Assembly: GCA_041586955.1 (NCBI GenBank)
Contig: JBFGZE010000049.1
Span: 1 to 23,873, forward strand
Direction: 5' to 3'
DNA: 23,873 nucleotides
Source of the DNA: Bacteriovoracaceae bacterium
GTDB taxonomy: Bacteria > Bdellovibrionota > Bacteriovoracia > Bacteriovoracales > Bacteriovoracaceae
The position numbers were made by a program, and so were the translations under genes. Below the pieces are notes generated by a model. The model worked only from the letters and a program-made list of their open reading frames with translations. It was not told where the DNA came from and did no database searches. This document shows positions 1 through 8,453 of this stretch, piece by piece; the first letter of the stretch is position 1, and each line of letters begins with the position of its first letter.

Positions 1-40
1 GCAATTTAATTGCCATTTTAAATAAGAACAAAATCTTCAT
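1..40 (-). CDS. Possible 5' end of a gene running off the left edge (MKILFLFKMAIKL...)
   Basis: ATG at 40 on the minus strand, open to the window edge. An MKILFL start is typical of glycosyltransferases or exported proteins. No clear SD and only 13 codons visible. Confidence 0.25.
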   Translation of the reverse strand, partial: MKILFLFKMAIKL

Positions 41-208
41 GTATTGAAAAGTAGGCGATATTTATTTTTTTCTTGCAGATAGTTCACTGATCTTTTTGAG
101 CGCAGCCTATACTCGATATAAGAAATCAAAACGCGACGAGAGGTTGAGTAATTTCTCTGTTGCACACAATCTGTTGTTATTTATAGTGAAGTATCTATAG
201 GAGTCATT

Positions 209-1189
209 ATGAAGTTATTAATCGCTAGTATTTTTTCTCTATTTAATTTGTTATTGCATGCTCAAACTTATTCAGGCTCACTCACTTTAGCTTCCCAGGC
301 GGAATTAGATTCATTTAATTATACAGAAGTATTAGGTAGCTTAAGTATACAAGGTGCCGATATTAACGATTTAAGTAATCTGAATATGTTAACAAGTGTT
401 AACGGCGATATTGTTATTCAAAACAATGATTTATTAATAAACATCGACTCATTTAATAATCTGGTTTCTCTTGGAGGAGGTGTATTGGTATACGACAATC
501 CCAAGCTTTCATCTTTTGCAGGGTTTAATAAATTAAAAGAAACAGGCGATAATATTGATTTTTGGTATAATGACTCGCTAGCATCTATTACGGCCTTTCC
601 GGCATTGGTAACGGCCGGTTGGTCTTTGGAATTTGGTGGAAATCCTATGCTTGAGAAATTACCCGATTTACCTATGCTTGAAACCATTTCAAGTAGCTTA
701 TTTGTTATGGATAATACCGGCCTCAAAGATATTTCCGGATTAAAATCATTAAAGTATGTCGATTGGTCATTTAATGTTTCGGGAAATACCTCATTAGCTG
801 ACTTGTGTGGAATTTATAATCTTTTAAACATTACACAGTCTTACTCTGGTAACGGAACATTCGATGTAAGTAATAATGATGCATCACTACCTGTCTCTAG
901 CTCTGTTGAAGATATTTTAGCAGCTGGTCCCTGTAAGTCATCTATAAGCATGGCCACTGTAATGGACGAAGTCAAGGCCTTGGCCTTATCTAAGTCGGAT
1001 GCAAATTCAATTTTAAGAGCATTAAAAAGCGCAGAGAGATTAATAAAAAGATCAAAAATTGAAAAGGCTAAACTTTCTTTAGATAAAGCAATTGGATCTA
1101 TAAACTCTTTAATGAATGAACAAAAAATAGAATCAAGTAAGGCAACAGGTTTAGTGGACATGATTAAACTACTAAAGTCATCGCTCTAA
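209..1189 (+). CDS. Secreted receptor L-domain / leucine-rich-repeat protein with C-terminal helical (FIMAH-like) domain
   Basis: Signal peptide MKLLIASIFSLFNLLLHA|Q. About six ~25-aa repeats of the form L..L..V.G.L.I.NN..L..(I/L)..F. Capping motif 'NTSLADLCGI'. Amphipathic helical ~80-aa tail. AGGAG SD upstream. Confidence 0.75.
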   Translation: MKLLIASIFSLFNLLLHAQTYSGSLTLASQAELDSFNYTEVLGSLSIQGADINDLSNLNMLTSVNGDIVIQNNDLLINIDSFNNLVSLGGGVLVYDNPKLSSFAGFNKLKETGDNIDFWYNDSLASITAFPALVTAGWSLEFGGNPMLEKLPDLPMLETISSSLFVMDNTGLKDISGLKSLKYVDWSFNVSGNTSLADLCGIYNLLNITQSYSGNGTFDVSNNDASLPVSSSVEDILAAGPCKSSISMATVMDEVKALALSKSDANSILRALKSAERLIKRSKIEKAKLSLDKAIGSINSLMNEQKIESSKATGLVDMIKLLKSSL

Positions 1190-1209
1190 AACAGAGCGAT
1201 GACATTAGT
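1171..1209. terminator. Stem-loop spanning the stop codon of the L-domain gene (possible terminator)
   Basis: actaa-a-gtcatcgctct-aaaac-agagcgatgac-a-ttagt: 11-bp perfect stem plus 5-bp extension, lying between convergent genes. The U-tract is weak. Confidence 0.5.
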
Positions 1210-1276
1210 CAAAAACAATTGAATTACAATATTATAAATTGGGAGATTATATAAAAAGGACAACCGCAAATCATAC

Positions 1277-1313
1277 GTTGGGCGAAATGACCAAGAATGG
1301 TCATTTCGCTAAC
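1277..1313. repeat. Inverted repeat / REP-like hairpin
   Basis: gcgaaatgacca-agaa-tggtcatttcgc is a perfect 12-bp stem (1282-1309), extendable by G-U and gtt/aac. Confidence 0.6.
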
Positions 1314-1446
1314 TCCTAAGAGATAATTACCGGCTTGGGGCCATTACTTCTCAGCACTCACATACTTTCTTCCCACACCGCTTTTTCATTATTATTATTA
1401 TAAAATCAGAAGCAAGAGGTCTCCACATAATCTAGAGGGAAACAAG

Positions 1447-2616
1447 CTAAGAAGCCGCAATTTTGAAAAGCTTTTGTTCTAAATCGCTAATCACTTTTTC
1501 AGATGACCAGTCTTGTGACCTTTTTAAAGCATTTTTTGAAATTTGGTCAACTTTATCAGCATTACTTATCAAATCTAATATGGCCTTTGAAAAATCAAGT
1601 GCTTGTTCAGATTCGACAAGAATGCCAGTGTCGCCATCTTTAATAAAATCTTTTGGTCCACCGGAAGCATGGCTTATAACCACGACTCCTTCCGACATGG
1701 CCTCCACAATATTACGGCCATAGGGCTCACCGATAGAAAGATTTATAAAAAATGTTGTTTGTTTTAATTCCTTGTAGACTTGATCGTTAGGTATCCTTCC
1801 TAACAACTGAATATTGTTTCCGAGCTGATTATTTTTAATATAATTTTCAACCTTAATCCTTTCGGGACCATCACCAATAATTACCGCTTCAAAATCAACA
1901 TTATTATCCTTTAAGATCTTAACTAATTTACAAAATTCCAGTGGCCTTTTATTTTCTAAGAGATTTGCGAGAAAAGTAATTCGAACCTTTGCTAAATTAT
2001 TGACCTTTCTCTCTCCAGATGGCCTTACGATAAGGGGGATATCAAAGCAAAATTTCTTATTATATTTTTTCCCCATTGCAATAGCGTGAGGAATAGTTGC
2101 ACAAAAAATGGCCTTCGCGTTTTTTAAGGTTTTTTTCCAACCCATATCTGCAAGCGGATCCAAGATCTTTTTCAGGCTTACCCAAAACCTAGGTTTCGCG
2201 ACTTTCGCATTATTTTTCCATTTATAATACAATGGACCAATGACAAGGGGTTTATTTTTAGAAAGAGGTGGTAGCGGGCAACCATATCCCACGGGATTCA
2301 TTCGCCAAACGATGTCAAAATTAATGTGTTGAGATAATTGTTTAAATCTTTTATTTGACTCAATTGCGTACTTCCAAGGACTCAAGGAGTTAAAATAAAC
2401 TGGACCTGACGATTCAATAACCTCCAAATTATCACTTTTATTTCTTATTGATGCCTTAGGGGTAAAAGCGATAACCCTATGCCCTCTATTCGCGAGACCA
2501 TTTAGTATGCTAAAGCAAATTAATCCCTCTCCATGCGATTGATAATCTGTTAGATAATCTGAAGCGCAATGAACATAGATGGATAGTGCTTTCTTTTGTT
2601 GGGTATTAAATTCCAT
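1447..2616 (-). CDS. Glycosyltransferase family 4 (GT-B, RfaB-like)
   Basis: 'LANRGHRV' N-terminal motif, 'IIGDGPER', E-x7-E motif 'EPYGRNIVEAM', 'GGPKDFIKDGDTGILV'. Confidence 0.93.
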   Translation of the reverse strand: MEFNTQQKKALSIYVHCASDYLTDYQSHGEGLICFSILNGLANRGHRVIAFTPKASIRNKSDNLEVIESSGPVYFNSLSPWKYAIESNKRFKQLSQHINFDIVWRMNPVGYGCPLPPLSKNKPLVIGPLYYKWKNNAKVAKPRFWVSLKKILDPLADMGWKKTLKNAKAIFCATIPHAIAMGKKYNKKFCFDIPLIVRPSGERKVNNLAKVRITFLANLLENKRPLEFCKLVKILKDNNVDFEAVIIGDGPERIKVENYIKNNQLGNNIQLLGRIPNDQVYKELKQTTFFINLSIGEPYGRNIVEAMSEGVVVISHASGGPKDFIKDGDTGILVESEQALDFSKAILDLISNADKVDQISKNALKRSQDWSSEKVISDLEQKLFKIAAS

Positions 2617-3069
2617 AGTAAAATCTTGTTAAGTTCAACTCAAACTATAGTGGTTTTTTCTTTCGTAACAGTAAAATCTTATTAATAATTATGCCTGAGA
2701 ATGAAGGAATTAAAAGAACGAAAGTTTGGGATTTGAGCAAACGCAGCCTATTACTCCTCTCATTAAGAAAGGAATACCCAATGGCCTACGGCCTGGGTCA
2801 ACTATCATACTAACAGGACTTTTAACTTCTTACTCCTTTTTTAAAATTCAAAAAGAGACTTCTAAAAGGTTATATTTATTATTAGCGCTTATCTAATTTT
2901 TACTTTGAGCAACGACAGGAGTATCAGTTTTACCGGTTGAACCTTAAGAAGAAACTCTACGCGTGGGAGCAATCGATATATTTATTTGTATATAGGTATT
3001 TTATACATCTATTTTGTAATTTTTATTTGTAGTAAAATAAAATTAAACTAAACATAAGGCAGTAAGTAA

Positions 3070-3858
3070 ATGAAGAATGAGGAATCGACGAATCCAGAGG
3101 TTGAAGAATTACTGAAAACTGGTGGCTATGCTAAAAAGCAAATCTATGCAGGTTGCAATGTTCTTAGATGGAGTCACCGCCAAAGGTTTTCAAAAGGTTT
3201 ATCTTTAATTAAAAAGTATTCACCTTCTTCAATACTTGATTATGGATGTGGAGATGGAACATTCCTTATTCTTGCGAAGGATATTGTAAAAGAAAAAAAT
3301 GGAATGGAGATTGATGACAATCAGCTAAGATTACTTAAGGACAGATTGAAAGATGAACCTGATTTTAATTTTCATCATACAAATGATATTCTAGAAACAA
3401 AGTCTGATATGGTGACTTGTTTCGAGGTCCTCGAGCATTGCACTAAAGAAAGTATTGAGAATGTTCTTACGAGTTTGAAAAAAAACTGTACAAAAGGGGG
3501 AACGGTCATTATCTCAGTTCCTAAAGAGACTGGTCTTACTATGGTTGGCAAACAGACCGTTAGACGTATATTGGGATGGCGAAAATTCGGAAACTATGAA
3601 TGGACTGAATCATATAATTTTGTCGACTTTTTCAAAATGCTTTTTGCAACAGAAAAAACACAAGTGCCAAGAAAATATTATGAAGTAGAGTTTGATGGAG
3701 GCAAGTATGAAACTTGCGGCCATTATGCTTTCAATTGGAAAAGTTTAAAGTTGGATATTCAAAGACATTTTGAAATTGAGAAAATTGAATATACTCCGTT
3801 TGTTTTGCCATTAGGTGTTCTTAGTTCGCAGGTGTGGTTTATTTGTAAAAATAACTAA
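3070..3858 (+). CDS. Class I SAM-dependent methyltransferase
   Basis: Motif I 'ILDYGCGDG', post-II 'VTCFEVLEH', motif III 'KGGTVIISVP'. Confidence 0.9.
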   Translation: MKNEESTNPEVEELLKTGGYAKKQIYAGCNVLRWSHRQRFSKGLSLIKKYSPSSILDYGCGDGTFLILAKDIVKEKNGMEIDDNQLRLLKDRLKDEPDFNFHHTNDILETKSDMVTCFEVLEHCTKESIENVLTSLKKNCTKGGTVIISVPKETGLTMVGKQTVRRILGWRKFGNYEWTESYNFVDFFKMLFATEKTQVPRKYYEVEFDGGKYETCGHYAFNWKSLKLDIQRHFEIEKIEYTPFVLPLGVLSSQVWFICKNN

Positions 3859-3932
3859 ACTTTTTTGCGATAATATGATTTTTTCTTCGTCAGCGATGTT
3901 TCGTCCGACTCTATATACTTTGAGGAATTGAA

Positions 3933-4472
3933 ATGGAGAAGACCTTTAGGTATGAAACACCCATATGGGGAGCTAGATTACTTTGCATTATCTACCTCTG
4001 TATTTCTATAGGGTTTTTCTGCACCTATTATAATTATGAAACGTGGGCCGGTAATTCAGAAGCCTTCTTAAAGTATTTTTTTCTTATTTTTTCAGTCATT
4101 TTTTTATTCATATCTTTAAAGCCAAGTAACAGAAAAGGTTGGGTTTACTTCTCGGCCAACGATAAAGGGTTATATTTTCCTTTCGCTAATTCATATCTAG
4201 ATTCATTACCAGAACTACACGTTCCTTGGGAAAACGTAGGAGATATTAAAAGTGAAGTTCTTTATGGTGGCACTAACGGTATTTCTATAGAGTTATTATT
4301 ATCAGATGACGAAGTTAATCTTTATTGTAAGGGAGTGAAGTTAGTTAATAAGCTTTTAGGGTTTGATTGTAAACGGAATGGATTTTATGTTATCGCGTAT
4401 GCGAATAATACATTTCAATCTGCGAGTAAAGTCATTCTCATATTAAATCAATTAAAAAGTAAAAACATATGA
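3933..4472 (+). CDS. Hypothetical membrane protein (2 N-terminal TM helices + soluble domain with a 'VPWENV' bPH-like motif)
   Basis: 179-aa ORF, GAGGA SD, two hydrophobic segments. Confidence 0.7.
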   Translation: MEKTFRYETPIWGARLLCIIYLCISIGFFCTYYNYETWAGNSEAFLKYFFLIFSVIFLFISLKPSNRKGWVYFSANDKGLYFPFANSYLDSLPELHVPWENVGDIKSEVLYGGTNGISIELLLSDDEVNLYCKGVKLVNKLLGFDCKRNGFYVIAYANNTFQSASKVILILNQLKSKNI

Positions 4473-4528
4473 GGAAGGCTTCTAGGGAGCTGAAGCCGAT
4501 CCGGTGTTCAAAAGCTTAAATAATACAT

Positions 4529-5464
4529 CTAATTTTTCAATTTTGGAGGAATTCCAAAACTGACGGGGCCTAAATCACCGCTCCGAAGATCAAGAAGGAT
4601 CATTTTATAAACACGATCGTAATCATATTCATTTTTTTTCTTAATACAACCTCTGGACTTGGCAATTTGATTGAGGATACCAACCAGATCGGTGTCTAAT
4701 GTTTCAATTTTATAATGAGTTTGAAAACCCTCAGGGTTCGTTTTAATAAGATGCTCAATAACAAAACAAGATGAGTCTTCCTGGTTTACAATTTTTTCAG
4801 GAATTGAATTCAAAGCGGCCAACCATAAACCATGTTCGTACTTATCAATCTTTGGTGGCATGACTCCTGGTGTATCAAGAAGTTCAAGATCATTATCAAC
4901 CTTTACCCAAAGCTGGAGTCTCGTTTGCCCAGGCTTGTCGGCGACCTTCGTCGCATTTCTATTGGCCAATTTGTTGATAATGGTTGATTTACCGGTATTA
5001 GGAAGACCAATAATCATCATTCTTAATTTTGATCTCGGTTCTTTATCAGGATTTGATTTAAGTCTTTTTTCTTTAACTATTTTTTTTGCATTTTGAGTTA
5101 TTTTTAGCAATGAGTTTTTATCGAAGCAATTAATAAAAACAAAAGGAGTCTCTTGCGCCTCAAACCAGACTTGCCATAGTTTAATCACTTCGGGGTCGGC
5201 CAAGTTGGTTTTATTAAGAACAATCAAGCGACTTTTTTCACCTAGAGAGTCGTTGATCACTTTATTCCCTGTCGCCAGAGGTGACCTTGCATCTCTGATT
5301 TCAAGAACAATATCAACTTGCTTAAGGCGCTCCTTGATCTTTTTGACGGCCTTATTCATATGGCCAGGAAACCAATTAATTCTTTTGGTTCCAGCATCAT
5401 CAGTTAGATATTCGCTTAATTCTTCTTCGACTTTATTTTTAGATTTATTCTTAATTTTACTCAC
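4529..5464 (-). CDS. rbgA: Ribosome biogenesis GTPase RbgA/YlqF (circularly permuted GTPase)
   Basis: 'INWFPGHM', 'EIRDARSP', G4 'NKTN', G1 'GLPNTGKS', G2 'KPGQT', G3 'DTPG'. Start placed at GTG 5464, 5 nt after GAGGG; the ORF track starts at TTG 5476. Confidence 0.96.
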   Translation of the reverse strand: MSKIKNKSKNKVEEELSEYLTDDAGTKRINWFPGHMNKAVKKIKERLKQVDIVLEIRDARSPLATGNKVINDSLGEKSRLIVLNKTNLADPEVIKLWQVWFEAQETPFVFINCFDKNSLLKITQNAKKIVKEKRLKSNPDKEPRSKLRMMIIGLPNTGKSTIINKLANRNATKVADKPGQTRLQLWVKVDNDLELLDTPGVMPPKIDKYEHGLWLAALNSIPEKIVNQEDSSCFVIEHLIKTNPEGFQTHYKIETLDTDLVGILNQIAKSRGCIKKKNEYDYDRVYKMILLDLRSGDLGPVSFGIPPKLKN

Positions 5465-5665
5465 AATAACCCTCAAGCAAAATCAAGCTATCACGATCCA
5501 GCTCTATTGGCACAAGAACTTACATATTTTCACAAAATGAGCGCGACAGCCAAGTTAAGTAACTGAAATAACGTAATTGCCAAATATTATCCCACCATTT
5601 CTTTTCACGGGTAAGGATTGATATTAAAGAAGAAATACAAGTTCTTGAAAATTTTAGACAAACGT

Positions 5666-5694
5666 GGCCTATAGAGTTTAATCCCCTATAGGCC
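5666..5694 (-). terminator. Probable intrinsic terminator after the FMN reductase gene
   Basis: ggcctatag...ctataggcc 9-bp inverted repeat 8 nt past the stop codon, with a modest U-tail on the minus strand. Confidence 0.5.
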
Positions 5695-5702
5695 CTTACT
5701 TT

Positions 5703-6209
5703 TTACTTAATTAAAGTAATCATTTGAGTCAAAATACTCTCTCCTGATTCAGGATTAAATTCTTTCCCGTAATTGGTGATAATAGGACGGGCCAAAACAT
5801 TACAGCCTAAATGTTCTAATTGCTTTCTCATCGCTTCAACTACTTTATGGCCACCGCCACCACTATGAGTTCCGACAATCGCTAATTTTCCATTAAAAGC
5901 GCCGCGCCAATCTTCTCCGCCTGAACGACTAATCCATGCAACGGCGTTATTAACTGCGGGAGGCATGCTACCGTTATACTCTGGCGCAAGAAAAATAAAA
6001 CCTTTCATCGCAATGAACTTTGCTGTTAATTCTTTTGCTTGAGCAGGAATTCCCTCTTTTTCTTTTGTCGTTGAATAAAGGGGTAGGTCAAGATCAACTA
6101 GATCGATTAATTCCGTTTCAAATCCCACTTTAAGTGCGACTTCATTAATTTTTTCGGCGAGGTCCTTATTATTGCCAGGGCTTCCAATAATGATTCCTAA
6201 TTTACTCAT
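5703..6209 (-). CDS. NAD(P)H-dependent FMN reductase (SsuE/flavodoxin-like fold)
   Basis: 'IIIGSP', 'LDLPLY', family motif 'APEYNGSMP', 'AVAWISR', 'AFNGK', 'SGGGG'. Confidence 0.92.
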   Translation of the reverse strand: MSKLGIIIGSPGNNKDLAEKINEVALKVGFETELIDLVDLDLPLYSTTKEKEGIPAQAKELTAKFIAMKGFIFLAPEYNGSMPPAVNNAVAWISRSGGEDWRGAFNGKLAIVGTHSGGGGHKVVEAMRKQLEHLGCNVLARPIITNYGKEFNPESGESILTQMITLIK

Positions 6210-6238
6210 CGTTTAAACTCCATAAAATTGTCTTTAAA

Positions 6239-7477
6239 TTAACGTAGGGATTCCATTACCTGGAAAAAATTCGCAAAGGATTTTTCTACATGATGTGAAT
6301 CATAAATAGTCCCTCCCTTATTTTTACGCATAAATAGATAAGCTGTCATCACCATCCTGTGATCTTGTGGTGGAATATAATCAACACGCTGCGAACAGAT
6401 ATGCTCGGTTGCTCCAGAAATAATTAATTTTTCACCCTCATTCACCAATTCATAGGGAATACCAAATAAGTCTAACATCCTAAGCATTTCGGCCAAGCGG
6501 TCACACTCTTTATGACGCAACACTTCGAGATTGATCATCTCGCTCATTCCGTCAATATAAGATGCCAAAAAAATAAGTGTAGGGATTAAATCAGGGCAAT
6601 CATTCGCATCCACCCGAAAAGGGGTTAAGCCCTTGGCACTTTTTTGAACAATCAATCCCGCTTCGGAAAACCGTAAAGAGGCGCCACATTCTTTTAATAT
6701 TTGCAGAAAAATTGAATCGGCCTGAAACTCATCAGCGCCAAAACAATTTTTGATATGAATGGGGCCGCTTAAGGCCGCCAAGGCCAAAATATAAGACAGA
6801 CTGCTAAAGTCGATCATAATATTAATTTCTTCTTTATTAGAAAAATTCTTAATTATTTCTTTTGTTAATTGCCAATACTTAAGTGAGCTTTTTAAATGAA
6901 GAGGACTTAATAAATCATATCGATTCAAAGATAAGGCCAATCCCGAAATAAATTGGGTGGAGCGCGAACAATCCACTTCGATAATATTGTCGGGTAAAAC
7001 AAGAGGGCCTTGAATTTTAATCTGACCCTGATCCTGTAGTTCTACTTGCGCTCCTAAAGACGATAAATAAGTGATTGCTTCATCCATAGGGCGATTCATC
7101 ATGGGCCCACTTGGCGTTAAAAGATAGGTGTTTTTCCCCAAGGCCAAAAGAGGCAAAATAAAACGATTTGTTGTTCCTCCATCTCCACTAGCGATAATGA
7201 TTTCTCCGGGCGCTTCTTTTTCACAGGCGGGAAAAGAACCTTTGATCAAAAGGCCATCGCCTTGCTCCTCAATGATGACACCTAATTGACGTAAGATACC
7301 AGTCATCGCCGTAACATCCGAGGAAGGAGGGATATTACGTAAAAAAATGTCCTGAGGTGATCGCGCAGCAAGAATGAGTAAACGATTGGCGTAAGATTTA
7401 GAAGAAGGTGCTGTCACTTCCCCACGCCCTTCACCAGGATTAACGTTATAAGGAGATAAAGTTTTTGCTGACATCAT
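6239..7477 (-). CDS. aroA: 3-phosphoshikimate 1-carboxyvinyltransferase (EPSP synthase)
   Basis: 'SSKSYANR', 'GDGGTTNRF', 'RPM', 'STQF', 'CPDLIP', 'LRHKECDRL', 'DHRMVM', 'KSF'. Operonic with aroB and aroC. Confidence 0.93.
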   Translation of the reverse strand: MMSAKTLSPYNVNPGEGRGEVTAPSSKSYANRLLILAARSPQDIFLRNIPPSSDVTAMTGILRQLGVIIEEQGDGLLIKGSFPACEKEAPGEIIIASGDGGTTNRFILPLLALGKNTYLLTPSGPMMNRPMDEAITYLSSLGAQVELQDQGQIKIQGPLVLPDNIIEVDCSRSTQFISGLALSLNRYDLLSPLHLKSSLKYWQLTKEIIKNFSNKEEINIMIDFSSLSYILALAALSGPIHIKNCFGADEFQADSIFLQILKECGASLRFSEAGLIVQKSAKGLTPFRVDANDCPDLIPTLIFLASYIDGMSEMINLEVLRHKECDRLAEMLRMLDLFGIPYELVNEGEKLIISGATEHICSQRVDYIPPQDHRMVMTAYLFMRKNKGGTIYDSHHVEKSFANFFQVMESLR

Positions 7478-8453
7478 GAAGCTTCTCTTTAAGCCAAGTT
7501 AGACTTTCGGTTTTAATCTGAGGTTCCCCTATTTGATCCACAGTAATTAAATCAATTTTACCATGTGAGACAATTTTCTTATCTCTCTTTATATAGTCAA
7601 ATAGTGTATTACAATCTTGTGAAAGATCTTTCCAAGGGGCGAGCAATGATCCCCAATTCAATTGTTGGCATAATTGCGCTAATTCCTTAATCATATCCTT
7701 TTGGCCATACAGATTAAAAATCATCACCATACCCCATACCACAGCAATACCATGGGGAATTTGATAATGAACTTCAATAGCATGACCGATTGTATGGCCA
7801 AGATTAAGAATTTTTCTTCTGCCGCCTTCTTTAAAGTCTTCATCAACTATACTTTGCTTAAACTCTGCACATTGGTGAATTAAAGAAGCATCAAGTCCAT
7901 GGAGCCTCAAGTATTGATAAATACCTTTGTCAAGGAAGGCGTATTTAAGAACCTCTCCCATTCCTGTTTGCTTTTCGATAATAGGCAATGTTTTTAAAAA
8001 AAGAGTGGAGAGAATAATATCTTGAGGTTGGTGAAAAGCGCCCACAAGATTTTTTCCGCTTTTAAGGTTAAGGCCGACTTTCCCACCGATACTCGCATCC
8101 ACCATCGCCAATAAGGTCGTTGGCACGACTGTCCAGGAAATCCCTCTTAATAACGTTGCAGCAATAAACCCTGCAAAATCAGAAGTAATACCGCCACCAA
8201 TGGCAACAAGATGAGACTTGCGATGAACCCCTTCATTAGTGAAATACTCCAATGCCTTTTCAAATTCAGAAAGCCCTTTCGCTTTTTCCCCGGCAGGAAG
8301 AGTATAGAAAATCATTTTTTTCTTTACTTCATTCCATTTAATCATTTCACCATATAATTTATTAACATTTTCATCGATAAGAATGATTAAAGAATCAGAG
8401 TTGATTTGATTCAACTCATCAATTAAATGAAGCTCCTCCTTAAAGTGAATCAA
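7446..8453 (-). CDS. aroB: 3-dehydroquinate synthase
   Basis: 'GEKAK', 'AIGGGITSD', 'PTTLLAMVDASIGGKVG', 'KNLVGAF', 'LNLGHTIGHAIE'. Start is probably TTG 8453 (GGAGGG 7 nt upstream) or ATG 8468. Confidence 0.96.
   Translation of the reverse strand: MIHFKEELHLIDELNQINSDSLIILIDENVNKLYGEMIKWNEVKKKMIFYTLPAGEKAKGLSEFEKALEYFTNEGVHRKSHLVAIGGGITSDFAGFIAATLLRGISWTVVPTTLLAMVDASIGGKVGLNLKSGKNLVGAFHQPQDIILSTLFLKTLPIIEKQTGMGEVLKYAFLDKGIYQYLRLHGLDASLIHQCAEFKQSIVDEDFKEGGRRKILNLGHTIGHAIEVHYQIPHGIAVVWGMVMIFNLYGQKDMIKELAQLCQQLNWGSLLAPWKDLSQDCNTLFDYIKRDKKIVSHGKIDLITVDQIGEPQIKTESLTWLKEKLHDVSKNFISL

Noticed and set aside
418..1723. ORFs 418..726, 841..1161 and 1463..1723
   Set aside because: Each lies wholly antisense within a well-supported gene.
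2700..2800. Possible c-di-GMP-I (GEMM) riboswitch (aac-GAAA-gtt hairpin followed by ggga...gcaaa)
   Set aside because: The conserved GGCAAAC...GACGCAAAGC arrangement and the P1 pairing are not present.
2691..2896. Small ORFs (about 40 and 56 codons) in the GT4/methyltransferase spacer
   Set aside because: No convincing SD or recognisable homology. They could be a gene remnant but are unsupported.
5507..5524. Sigma54-like TTGGCAC near the rbgA start
   Set aside because: There is no GC at the -12 position, and it points away from rbgA.
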